Source of the DNA: an uncultured Candidatus Saccharibacteria bacterium
GTDB taxonomy: Bacteria; Patescibacteriota; Minisyncoccia; Phycocordibacterales; JAKAEA01
Length of the DNA: 64,000 nucleotides
Reading direction: 5' to 3'
Assembly: GCA_964577595.1 (NCBI GenBank)
Contig: CAZNZK010000003.1
Location: 4,261-68,260, forward strand
A program made the translations under genes and the position numbers. This document shows, piece by piece, positions 50,153 through 57,507 of the stretch (position 1 is the stretch's first letter; every line of letters begins with the position of its first letter). Below the pieces are notes generated by a model. It worked only from the letters and a program-made list of their open reading frames with translations. It ran no database searches and was not told the origin of the DNA.

Positions 50153-51010
50153 ATGGCAGATGGCGACGCCAAACCTGGCGATAAAAAAGACGACAAAAAA
50201 GAAGGTTCCGCTTTGAGCGATTTTGTTGGCCTCGGCGCTTTAGAGTGGGGCGTTATTGGCATTATTTTTTTTGCCGCGGTTTTGCGAATTGAGCGTTTTT
50301 TTGCGGGCACCTCGGCGAGTGGTTCTGTCGGCGGCGCGACAAGCCAGTTCACTTCTTGGTTGGCCGCAAATCCAGGCGTTACTGTTGCGGTTGACACGGC
50401 CCGTCTTTGGGCTTCAGAAACCTACCGCTCTTTCGTTGCTGTTTCCACCGGTTTCTCTGTGCTTATGGTTGCTATGATTAGCTACATTAGTTTTCGCCAG
50501 TATGAAATCTACAAAGAATGGCGGGCGAAAATATATCCCCAAGTACCCACGCCATCTACGCGGGTGGCGGCTTCCGAAATCCCAATGAGCGCCGGCCAAG
50601 GTGCGCCTATTCCCGCCAATTTACCTACCGGCTTGCCAACCGATTTTCCGGCGGGCGTGCCACTTTTCTCCCGTTCCGACCAGCATTCTCAAGCACCTAA
50701 TCCGCGCTGGAAGCAGGTGCTCGCGCATATTGGTTCCGACAATCCGAGCGATTGGCGTCTCGCTATTTTGGAGGCCGACATTGTTCTTGAAGAAACGCTT
50801 GATCGCGCCGGTTATGTTGGCGAAACCCTCGGTGATAAGCTTAAAAGTGCTGAACGTCGCCCGTTCAATTCGCTCAATGCCGCCTGGGAGGCACACAAAA
50901 TCCGCAACGCTATTGCTCACCAAGGTCAGGGTTTTGAACTCAATCAACGCGAAGCTTCCCGTGTTGTTGGACTTTTTGAAGCTGTTTTTCGCGAATTTGG
51001 CTCGGCCTAA
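50153..51010 (+). CDS. membrane protein with C-terminal HEPN-like domain (Rx4H motif)
   Basis: Two TM segments. The C-terminal about 100 aa, ..AWEAHKIRNAIAHQGQ.., contains an R-N-x3-H motif. Family assignment is tentative. Confidence 0.45.
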   Translation: MADGDAKPGDKKDDKKEGSALSDFVGLGALEWGVIGIIFFAAVLRIERFFAGTSASGSVGGATSQFTSWLAANPGVTVAVDTARLWASETYRSFVAVSTGFSVLMVAMISYISFRQYEIYKEWRAKIYPQVPTPSTRVAASEIPMSAGQGAPIPANLPTGLPTDFPAGVPLFSRSDQHSQAPNPRWKQVLAHIGSDNPSDWRLAILEADIVLEETLDRAGYVGETLGDKLKSAERRPFNSLNAAWEAHKIRNAIAHQGQGFELNQREASRVVGLFEAVFREFGSA

Positions 51011-51051
51011 TATTGCGTTTGCCGCTTTTTCTGGTATAGTATAAACCCCAT

Positions 51052-51125
51052 AGCGGGGTAGTGGAACGGCACCACGTCAGGCTCATAACCTGAAGAAATA
51101 GGTTCAACTCCTGTCCCCGCCACCA
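51052..51125 (+). tRNA. initiator tRNA-fMet (anticodon CAU), CCA encoded
   Basis: Acceptor AGCGGGG/CCCCGCC with an unpaired 1:72 (A.C). U8 and A9 present. D-arm GTGG-AACGGCA-CCAC. Anticodon loop CTCATAA, the initiator-type loop. T-arm ATAGG-TTCAACT-CCTGT. Discriminator A plus CCA. Confidence 0.7.
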
Positions 51126-51198
51126 GATTTTTGGTACTATCACAATAGTTTTTAAATGTCGGAGTAGCTGTCTTGGCAGGGCAGGAAAGGACAAAAAC

Positions 51199-51271
51199 GT
51201 CGGAGTAGCTCAGTTGGTAGAGCACAGGACTCATAAGCCTGGGGTCGTGGGTTCGATCCCCACCTCCGACA
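51199..51271 (+). tRNA. tRNA-Met (CAU anticodon; elongator, or possibly tRNA-Ile2/lysidine type)
   Basis: Acceptor GTCGGAG/CTCCGAC fully paired. D-arm GCTCAGTTGGTAGAGC. Anticodon loop CTCATAA. T-arm GTGGG-TTCGATC-CCCAC. Confidence 0.7.
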
Positions 51272-51284
51272 CATTTGCTTTTTG

Positions 51285-51712
51285 TAAGAAAATAGGGTAT
51301 ATTATCAGTGGGACCGAGGGTTCGGCTGAAATTGTAGGGTATGGATATCCTCCAGCTATTCCCTTCGAATCTGTCCCAGTCGGGTCTACTTTTCATGGAG
51401 GTAGACATGTTCCACTCACTTCTTTCCGTATCAGGCTCCTGTGCAACGCAGGAGGGGACCGCCCGGTCCCAAACGAGTTTCAGTTGCTCCTCAAAACAGG
51501 AGGAACTGAAAGCGGTTCACCGGAATCGCGCACTTCGGATGCGTAAGGCCGCAGAGGGTCGCTCCTCGCGCCTTACTCAACGTTTCGGTGTGCGGATGCC
51601 GGCGGACATGGAAATGTCGGTTGTCGCAACATTCTGACAACTGACACGCCAGGAGGGGGAATAAGGGGGTTTCGTGCAGAATCGATGTGCACGAGACCCC
51701 TATTTTTATGGT
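51285..51712 (+). ncRNA. candidate structured ncRNA (about 430 nt), family unknown; ends in a strong intrinsic terminator
   Basis: No protein-like ORF; the track ORFs here have non-protein composition. Many perfect local helices: ctcctg/caggag, gggacc/ggtccc, tttcagttgctcctc..gaggaactgaaa, gtaaggc..gccttac, gacat-GGAA-atgtc, ggttgtc..gacaacc. Terminal nested hairpin gggggtt-tcgtgca...tgcacga-gacccc is followed by TATTTTTAT. No RNase P P4 or SRP domain IV motifs were seen. Confidence 0.35.
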
Positions 51713-51891
51713 TGATTTTTTTGACACACAGAAGTATGATTTAATTGGGTGGAAAGATTGCGCGCGCAGTCTACTATCCAGGTTTCTTACTAAGGAGAGA
51801 CAGGCATGAGGTCTTCTCTTACTTCACACAATCAGGGGGAGCTTCGTCGCTCCTCTTTCTTTTTGTCAAAAATCTGATATATTTTAAAAAT

Positions 51892-51965
51892 GCGCTCGTG
51901 GTGTAGCCTGGTAGCACGTTCCCCTGTCACGGGAAAGGTCGTGGGTTCAAATCCCATCGAGCGCG
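51892..51965 (+). tRNA. tRNA-Asp (anticodon GUC)
   Basis: Acceptor GCGCTCG/CGAGCGC. Anticodon stem TTCCC/GGGAA with loop CTGTCAC. T-arm GTGGG-TTCAAAT-CCCAT. Discriminator G. Confidence 0.8.
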
Positions 51966-51968
51966 CCC

Positions 51969-52664
51969 ATGATGTTATTGCTAATTGGCTTGGCTGCGGG
52001 TATTGCTACTTTTATCGGTGGCTCGCTGGCTCTGCGCTTGCGTGATCGTTTGCATTTGATTCTTGGCTTTACGGCCGGTGCCATTATTGCCGTGGCCTTT
52101 TTTGACTTATTGCCGGAAGCACTTTCACTTGGGGAAAAAATCTACAGCCCACTTGCCATCACTACAGTACTGGCACTCGGCTTCTTGTTATACATGTTGC
52201 TTGATCGGGCTCTTTTGAGCGCACGCATGGGTACCCGTGGACATGTGGGTGCGGCGAGCTTGACGATGCATAGTTTTTTGGATGGCTTGGCTATTGGTCT
52301 CGCATTTCAAGTTTCCAGCGCTGTCGGCATGGTAGTGGCAATTGCGGTGTTGGTGCATGATTTTTCCGATGGTATCAATACGGTTAATTTGAGCATGACG
52401 GGTGGGGCAAGTGCAAAAATTGCTCGGCGCTGGCTTATTGCCGATGCGGTAGCGCCTCTGGTTGGGATCGGTGCCACCTTGCTCGTTTCTGTACCACAAC
52501 AATCACTCGCCCTCATTTTGGCGCTTTTTTCAGGGTTCTTTTTATATATTGGTGCCAGCGAGCTATTGCCGGAAAGCTATCATAATCATCCACGTCTCTG
52601 GACGAGCGTGGCCACCGTCCTCGGTATGCTCGTGCTTTTAATCGCCATCCGGGTTGCTGGTTAA
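51969..52664 (+). CDS. ZIP-family metal (zinc) transporter (ZupT-like)
   Basis: HSFLDGLAIG and VLVHDFSDG metal-binding TM motifs. 8 TM segments. Confidence 0.8.
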   Translation: MMLLLIGLAAGIATFIGGSLALRLRDRLHLILGFTAGAIIAVAFFDLLPEALSLGEKIYSPLAITTVLALGFLLYMLLDRALLSARMGTRGHVGAASLTMHSFLDGLAIGLAFQVSSAVGMVVAIAVLVHDFSDGINTVNLSMTGGASAKIARRWLIADAVAPLVGIGATLLVSVPQQSLALILALFSGFFLYIGASELLPESYHNHPRLWTSVATVLGMLVLLIAIRVAG

Positions 52665-52692
52665 TTTCTATTAATTTCTAAATAATCCACCA

Positions 52693-53928
52693 ATGAAAAT
52701 TCTGTACATCATTACTCAGGGCGAATGTGGCGGGGCGCAAAAGAACGTTCTTGATTTGGCCATTGGTGCGCGGCAGGCAGGGCATCAAGTGGTTGTGGCT
52801 ACTGGCCGGCAAGATACGGTGGGTAGCCAATGGCTTTTCAATGAATTGCGACCCTTAGGCTTCCGTGGCGCACCCGCTACCCGGCTCGGCGGCCTTCGTC
52901 GCGAGCAATCAATAAAAAACGTACCCGATCTCGTTGTTCTCTCAGCTCTTAGCCGAAGTATTCATCCTCTTCGGGAATTAATCGCATTTTTCCAGATATG
53001 GCGGCTGGTGCGGCGTCTACAACCCGATATTGTTCATTTACATAGCAGTAAAGCGGGAAGCGTTGGGGCGGTGGCCGCCAAACTAGCTTTTACGGGTACA
53101 AAGGTTGTCTACACTGTGCATGGTTTTGTTACTGCCGAGCCGCTTTCTTGGCCGGCAAAACTTTTTTATCGTGTTTCCGAATACGTCGCTTCTTTTTTCC
53201 GTGATCTTGTTATTACTGTTTCCGCCCGTGACCTAGAAATCGGTATGAAGGAAAAACTCATTCACAGTCCGAGCGTGGTTATTTATAACGGTCTTGATCA
53301 GGCAAAAAAATCCGACATCCTGCCTTTTTCGCAAGCCCGGGAAGCGCTCGGCCAACTTTTGCCGGAAGGGGTGAGTTTTGCTAGTAACGAGCGGGTCATT
53401 GGTGTTGTGGCTAATCTCTATCCTAGTAAGGGCATTACGCACCTCCTGGATGCTATGGCGCTTTTGCGGCGTAACAGCACGCCCGACGACGATGCGAGGC
53501 AGGTACCCGTTGTTATAATTGGCGACGGCGATTTGCGCTTGGCACTTATAGCTAAAACTGAAGCACTTGGCCTTGCCTCACAGGTTTTCTTTGTTGGCGC
53601 GGTGGACGATGCTTATCGCTATCTTTCCGCTTTTAATCTGATGGTTTTGCCGTCGGTCAAAGAAGGGTTTCCCTATGCACTTTTGGAAGCCTTACTTGCG
53701 GGCAGGCCTTTTATTGCCACTCGTGTGGGCGGTATTCCCGAATTGCTTGATGTGTTGCCGCCCCACGTTGGTCGCTTGGTGCCACCAGGCGATCCGCGCG
53801 CCCTGGCCGCCGCTCTGGCAAAATTTCTGCACGAAACGCCACCTACTGCCGTCCGCTTGCCGGAGCTTTTTAGCCTGGAACACATGCGCGCCTCCACTTT
53901 CGCGGAGTATAAAAAACTGCTGGCATAA
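52693..53928 (+). CDS. GT4-family glycosyltransferase (GT-B)
   Basis: C-terminal EGFPYALLEALLAGRPFIATRVGGIPELL (E-X7-E motif). Confidence 0.8.
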   Translation: MKILYIITQGECGGAQKNVLDLAIGARQAGHQVVVATGRQDTVGSQWLFNELRPLGFRGAPATRLGGLRREQSIKNVPDLVVLSALSRSIHPLRELIAFFQIWRLVRRLQPDIVHLHSSKAGSVGAVAAKLAFTGTKVVYTVHGFVTAEPLSWPAKLFYRVSEYVASFFRDLVITVSARDLEIGMKEKLIHSPSVVIYNGLDQAKKSDILPFSQAREALGQLLPEGVSFASNERVIGVVANLYPSKGITHLLDAMALLRRNSTPDDDARQVPVVIIGDGDLRLALIAKTEALGLASQVFFVGAVDDAYRYLSAFNLMVLPSVKEGFPYALLEALLAGRPFIATRVGGIPELLDVLPPHVGRLVPPGDPRALAAALAKFLHETPPTAVRLPELFSLEHMRASTFAEYKKLLA

Positions 53929-53972
53929 AGAGAAAAAATATATTACTATGCAGGCTTAATAAACAGATTTAT

Positions 53973-54048
53973 TAGTAAACCGCCGTTGTAGCTGTTTTGG
54001 TAGATAGTGCTAGTAAATTGCCGTTGTAGCTGTTTTGGTAGATAGTGC
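53973..54048 (+). repeat. two tandem 38-bp degenerate copies of the 5' half of the downstream tRNA-Thr gene
   Basis: agtaaa(c/t)(c/t)gccgttgtagctgttttggtagatagtgct appears twice, then agtaaattGCCGTTGTAGCTCAGTTGGTAGAGCAC (the real tRNA). The copies replace CTCAGTTGGTAGAGCAC with CTGTTTTGGTAGATAGTGC. Confidence 0.8.
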
Positions 54049-54056
54049 TAGTAAAT

Positions 54057-54132
54057 TGCCGTTGTAGCTCAGTTGGTAGAGCACGTCATTGGTAATGACG
54101 AGGTCGACAGTTCAATCCTGTCCAACGGCTCC
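54057..54132 (+). tRNA. tRNA-Thr (anticodon GGU), CCA encoded
   Basis: Acceptor GCCGTTG/CAACGGC. Anticodon stem CGTCA/TGACG with loop TTGGTAA. T-arm GACAG-TTCAATC-CTGTC. Discriminator T plus CCA. Confidence 0.85.
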
Positions 54133-54168
54133 ACGTCAGCGCATTTTTTATGGTATACTTTTAGTCAT

Positions 54169-55053
54169 ATGCACCCGTCTGAAAACCAGCCTGTCCCTCT
54201 GCCACCCATAGGCCAGCTTGCGCCCGTGGTTGAGCTTGTTGAACGCATGTGGCGTCGTTTCTCGCGTCTCTTTTCCGGCATGTTTCCCTGGATGGTGCTT
54301 TCTTGCATTGGCAGTATTGCTTTAGGAGTAGTGAAGGCGAAAGGCACGCTTCCTGGAACTTTGCCTGTTTGGGTAATTCTTTTAATAGCTCTTGCGGGAG
54401 GCATTATTACTCTTATTTCTTATTTGGCACTTATCAGAATAACGTCGGAAGCGGAAAAGGACCCTAAAGACATTCTTGGTAATGGTCGGGTTTCGCTCAG
54501 GCTTTTTTTCCCATACATCTGGCTCATTATAATTCAAGGCCTCATTCTTTTGGGTGGCTTTATTTTTCTCATTTTTCCCGGCTTCATTTTCAGCATCTAC
54601 ATGACCATTCTGGTTTTTGTGTTCGTGGTTGAGGATAAACGCGGCCTGGATGCTATTACGCGTTCCTGGGGCTATATTGCTGGCCGCTGGTGGGAGACAC
54701 TTTGGCGTATGTTTGTGGCTGTTTTCCTTATGGCCATAGCAACCCTTTTGCTTGGTATTATTCTTTCACTCAGTTTTGGCGGCTCCGCCAACTGGGGCAT
54801 GACCATAATTCAAAACGTCGTGGAAGCGTTCTTTTTTGGTCCTCTTCTACTCTGCTATCTTTTTGAGCTGTATAACGACCTGCGTATCACCAAGCCCGCA
54901 TCTGACGCGGTTGCCGAAAAAACGGCAAAGCTCTGGCTGGTTATTTTCCTGATTATTGGTATTATGCTAGCGCTCCTCATTGCTTTTGGGGCCGTGACGC
55001 AAACGGCCGCTCATGGCTATCGGGAGTTTCCAAGAGTGCATAGTTCTCAATAA
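54169..55053 (+). CDS. hypothetical polytopic membrane protein
   Basis: Track ORF 54073.. begins inside the tRNA. Trimmed to MHPSENQPVPLP... at 54169. At least 6 TM segments. Confidence 0.55.
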   Translation: MHPSENQPVPLPPIGQLAPVVELVERMWRRFSRLFSGMFPWMVLSCIGSIALGVVKAKGTLPGTLPVWVILLIALAGGIITLISYLALIRITSEAEKDPKDILGNGRVSLRLFFPYIWLIIIQGLILLGGFIFLIFPGFIFSIYMTILVFVFVVEDKRGLDAITRSWGYIAGRWWETLWRMFVAVFLMAIATLLLGIILSLSFGGSANWGMTIIQNVVEAFFFGPLLLCYLFELYNDLRITKPASDAVAEKTAKLWLVIFLIIGIMLALLIAFGAVTQTAAHGYREFPRVHSSQ

Positions 55054-55068
55054 TTTTTTAATTTTTAC

Positions 55069-55102
55069 GTCGCCAGCGTAGCTGTTTTGGTAGAATGCAC
55101 TA
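55069..55102 (+). repeat. degenerate copy of the 5' half of the downstream tRNA-Thr(CGU) gene
   Basis: cgccagcgtagctgttttggtagaatgcacta versus the tRNA 5' gccagcgtagctcagttggtagagcac. Same CTCAGTTGG to CTGTTTTGG change as at the other tRNA-Thr locus. Followed by TATATAAT. Confidence 0.75.
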
Positions 55103-55109
55103 TATAATC

Positions 55110-55185
55110 GCCAGCGTAGCTCAGTTGGTAGAGCACCGCTTTCGTAAAGCGGGGGTCGTCGGTTCAATCCCGACCGCTGGCTCCA
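55110..55185 (+). tRNA. tRNA-Thr (anticodon CGU), CCA encoded
   Basis: Acceptor GCCAGCG/CGCTGGC. Anticodon stem CCGCT/AGCGG with loop TTCGTAA. T-arm GTCGG-TTCAATC-CCGAC. Discriminator T plus CCA. Confidence 0.85.
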
Positions 55186-55285
55186 GTACCATTTTTTTCT
55201 AGAAAATCACAATCAAGCAATAAAAAACAGCCGCTCCTTTTGAGGGGAACGGCTGTACTGGGAGGGGAGTACGTCGGATTCAGGT

Positions 55286-55831
55286 TTACGCGGCAGATGC
55301 GGCAATTGAGTAAGGCGTGTCCTTTATTGCTCGACGGGTGCCGAAGGGTAAGCCGAGTTGATTTTCCTCAGCCTTTTGACAGATCCGCTTTACTGCCGGA
55401 TCGTTGCCGTCGCCTATGTAGGCGAGCCATTGACCCTTCAGTAACTCGTCGATGTAGAGCAGAAACTCCTTAACTAATCGTTCTCCATAGTGTCTTCCGC
55501 GAAGGTGTTTTTCAACCTCAAGGGAAAACATGAAGAAGCAGGTGCCGATCTTCTGCCAGAACAGATACCCTACAGCTTTGCCGTTCTCAAAGAAAATGAG
55601 ACCGTCGTAGCCGTCTGTTATCAGTTTGCGGAAGAGTTCACTATCGTCCTTGATGGATTCGCGTAGATGGCGTGTTCGTTTGTCGAACACCGATCCTGTG
55701 TCGGGGTTACGAGCGCGCTTAACAACAGCGCCCCTCATGAATTGGTCATTACCAGTCCTTGCCAGCTTGCTTACTACCCGAAAGGTAAGCACCGCCGTCA
55801 AACCGGCTGTTTTCGTTACGTCCATGCTCAT
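55286..55831 (-). CDS. GNAT-family N-acetyltransferase
   Basis: Start set at MSMDVTKTAG... The acetyl-CoA binding core ..LEVEKHLRGRHYGERLVKEFL.. matches the motif A pattern (R/Q-x-x-G-x-G/A). Located about 100 bp past the tRNA-Thr 3' end and divergent from prfB. Confidence 0.6.
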   Translation of the reverse strand: MSMDVTKTAGLTAVLTFRVVSKLARTGNDQFMRGAVVKRARNPDTGSVFDKRTRHLRESIKDDSELFRKLITDGYDGLIFFENGKAVGYLFWQKIGTCFFMFSLEVEKHLRGRHYGERLVKEFLLYIDELLKGQWLAYIGDGNDPAVKRICQKAEENQLGLPFGTRRAIKDTPYSIAASAA

Positions 55832-55912
55832 AGGCACTCCTTTCGTGTAAGAACTAGGGTATGGACTACTCCTGGTACTATAGCAAAAAGTAGGGTACAT
55901 TTCAATGATCAT

Positions 55913-56803
55913 ATGACTGTTCAAAACAATGAAGAAAACGCTGAAAAAATCGCCGAATTGGAGGCGAAAATGGCCGAGCCGGAGTTTTGGGCCGACAAAA
56001 CCGCTGCTCAGGCGGTGATTGCTGAATTACAGGCGCTGAAAGATAAGGCGGCCAACCCCGGCGGGGGAGAATATGATCGCGGCAATGCGGTTATGAGCAT
56101 TCTTTCCGGCGCGGGTGGTGACGACGCTGAAGATTTTTCCGCTATGCTCTTTGGTATGTACCGAAAATTCATTGAGAAGCGCGGCTGGAGCTACCGCTTG
56201 GTGCATCAGAATGAAAATGATCACGGCGGCTACCGTAATCTCACTTTTGATATTGTTGGTCGCGACGCCTACGGCACGCTCAAGAATGAATCCGGCGTGC
56301 ACCGCTTAGTGCGCATTTCGCCGTTCAATGCCAAGCAATTGCGACACACTTCTTTTTCACTGGTGGAGGTGGTGCCGAAATTTGACAAAGAACCGCCGAT
56401 AGAAATTCGGCCGGAGGATATTCGGGTGGAATTTTCGCGCTCTGGTGGCCCGGGTGGGCAAAACGTGAATAAGCGGGAAACGGCGGTGCGGGTGGTGCAT
56501 ATTCCTACCAACTTGGCAGTACATGTGACGAGCGAACGCTCGCAAGCTCAAAATCGCGAACGGGCCATGTCTATTTTGAAAGGCAAGCTCTATAAACGCG
56601 CCGAGGAAGAACGGCTGGCTAAGGAAAAAGGCATGCAATTCAACAGGTCCACTGAAATTGAGTGGGGAAGCCAGATTCGCTCCTATGTGCTTCATCCCTA
56701 TAAAATGGTTAAGGATCACCGCACTGATGTAGAGGTGAGTAATGCAGAAAAGGTGCTAGCGGGCGACCTGGATAAATTCATTGAGGCGGAAAAGATGCTA
56801 TAA
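55913..56803 (+). CDS. prfB: peptide chain release factor 2 (N-terminally short form, no programmed frameshift site)
   Basis: SPF tripeptide (RISPFNAKQ). GGQ motif (GGPGGQNVNK). Start at MTVQNNEENAEK... The track ORF's 82-codon upstream extension has no RF2 similarity and overlaps the divergent GNAT gene. No CTT-TGA-C frameshift cassette upstream. Confidence 0.85.
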   Translation: MTVQNNEENAEKIAELEAKMAEPEFWADKTAAQAVIAELQALKDKAANPGGGEYDRGNAVMSILSGAGGDDAEDFSAMLFGMYRKFIEKRGWSYRLVHQNENDHGGYRNLTFDIVGRDAYGTLKNESGVHRLVRISPFNAKQLRHTSFSLVEVVPKFDKEPPIEIRPEDIRVEFSRSGGPGGQNVNKRETAVRVVHIPTNLAVHVTSERSQAQNRERAMSILKGKLYKRAEEERLAKEKGMQFNRSTEIEWGSQIRSYVLHPYKMVKDHRTDVEVSNAEKVLAGDLDKFIEAEKML

Positions 56804-56814
56804 TTTAACGTCGC

Positions 56815-57495
56815 ATGATTTATTTTGATAATGTCTCCAAGCAGTATCCCGACACTTCTATGGCGCTAGACGGGGTGACGTTCGCGGTAGAGCCAAGGGA
56901 ATTTGTCTCCATTGTTGGCCACTCCGGCGCGGGGAAGACGACGCTGGTAAAAATGCTTCTTGCGGAAGAGCGGCCGAGCGACGGCAATGTTTACTTTCAA
57001 TCGGTCAACATTCACGACTTGCGTCGCAATGCTCTCAACCTTTATCGTCGCCGCGTTGGCGTGGTTTTTCAGGACTTTCGCCTTTTGCCCTATAAAACCG
57101 CCTATGAAAATATCGCTTTTGCTATGGAGGCTGCGGGTCGCACGGACACGCAAATTCAATCCGATGTGCCGCACGTCCTGGAGCTTGTAGACCTTGGCGA
57201 TAAAATGTGGAATTTTCCGCACCAGCTTTCCGGCGGCGAAAAACAGCGTGTGGCTATAGCCCGGGCTATCGTCAATCAACCCGATGTATTGGTAGCCGAC
57301 GAACCCACTGGCAATCTCGATCCTCTGAACACGTATGACATCGTGCAGATTCTGAAAAAAATTAACGACTTGGGCACAACGGTTCTCCTCACCACGCACA
57401 ACCGCGGCGTGGTTGATTCCATCGGTGGCCGGGTGATTTCCATGGAAGGCGGTCGCATAGTGCGCGATGATCGTAATGGCAAGTATGTTTTTTAG
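56815..57495 (+). CDS. ftsE: cell-division ABC ATPase FtsE
   Basis: Walker A GHSGAGKTT. ABC signature LSGGEKQRVAIARAI. Walker B VLVADEPTGNLD. Followed by ftsX. Confidence 0.9.
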   Translation: MIYFDNVSKQYPDTSMALDGVTFAVEPREFVSIVGHSGAGKTTLVKMLLAEERPSDGNVYFQSVNIHDLRRNALNLYRRRVGVVFQDFRLLPYKTAYENIAFAMEAAGRTDTQIQSDVPHVLELVDLGDKMWNFPHQLSGGEKQRVAIARAIVNQPDVLVADEPTGNLDPLNTYDIVQILKKINDLGTTVLLTTHNRGVVDSIGGRVISMEGGRIVRDDRNGKYVF

Positions 57496-57507
57496 AATTT
57501 TTTAACC

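Noticed and set aside
51007-51546. Track ORFs 51007..51408 (-) and 51214..51546 (+), about 110-130 aa, spanning the tRNA-Met genes
   Set aside because: Their translations (..GGGDRTHDPRLMSPVLYQLSY.., ..MVEHRTHKPGVVGSIPT..) are the classic sense/antisense read-through of tRNA sequence. They overlap two well-folded tRNAs, so they are not coding.
51285-51712. RNase P RNA, SRP RNA or 6S RNA identity for the structured non-coding region
   Set aside because: Hallmark motifs (P4 AGGAAAGUCCGG / ACAGAA..; SRP GGAAGCAGCC domain IV) were not found by eye, so no family is assigned.
54073-54168. N-terminal 32 codons of track ORF 54073..55053
   Set aside because: Starts inside tRNA-Thr(GGU). The gene was trimmed to the first Met after the tRNA (54169).
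55667-55912. 82-codon 5' extension of the prfB ORF and a possible programmed +1 frameshift
   Set aside because: The extension has no RF2 similarity and overlaps the divergent GNAT start region. I looked for the CTT TGA C frameshift cassette with upstream SD and found none. Only a 10-codon unrelated mini-ORF is present.
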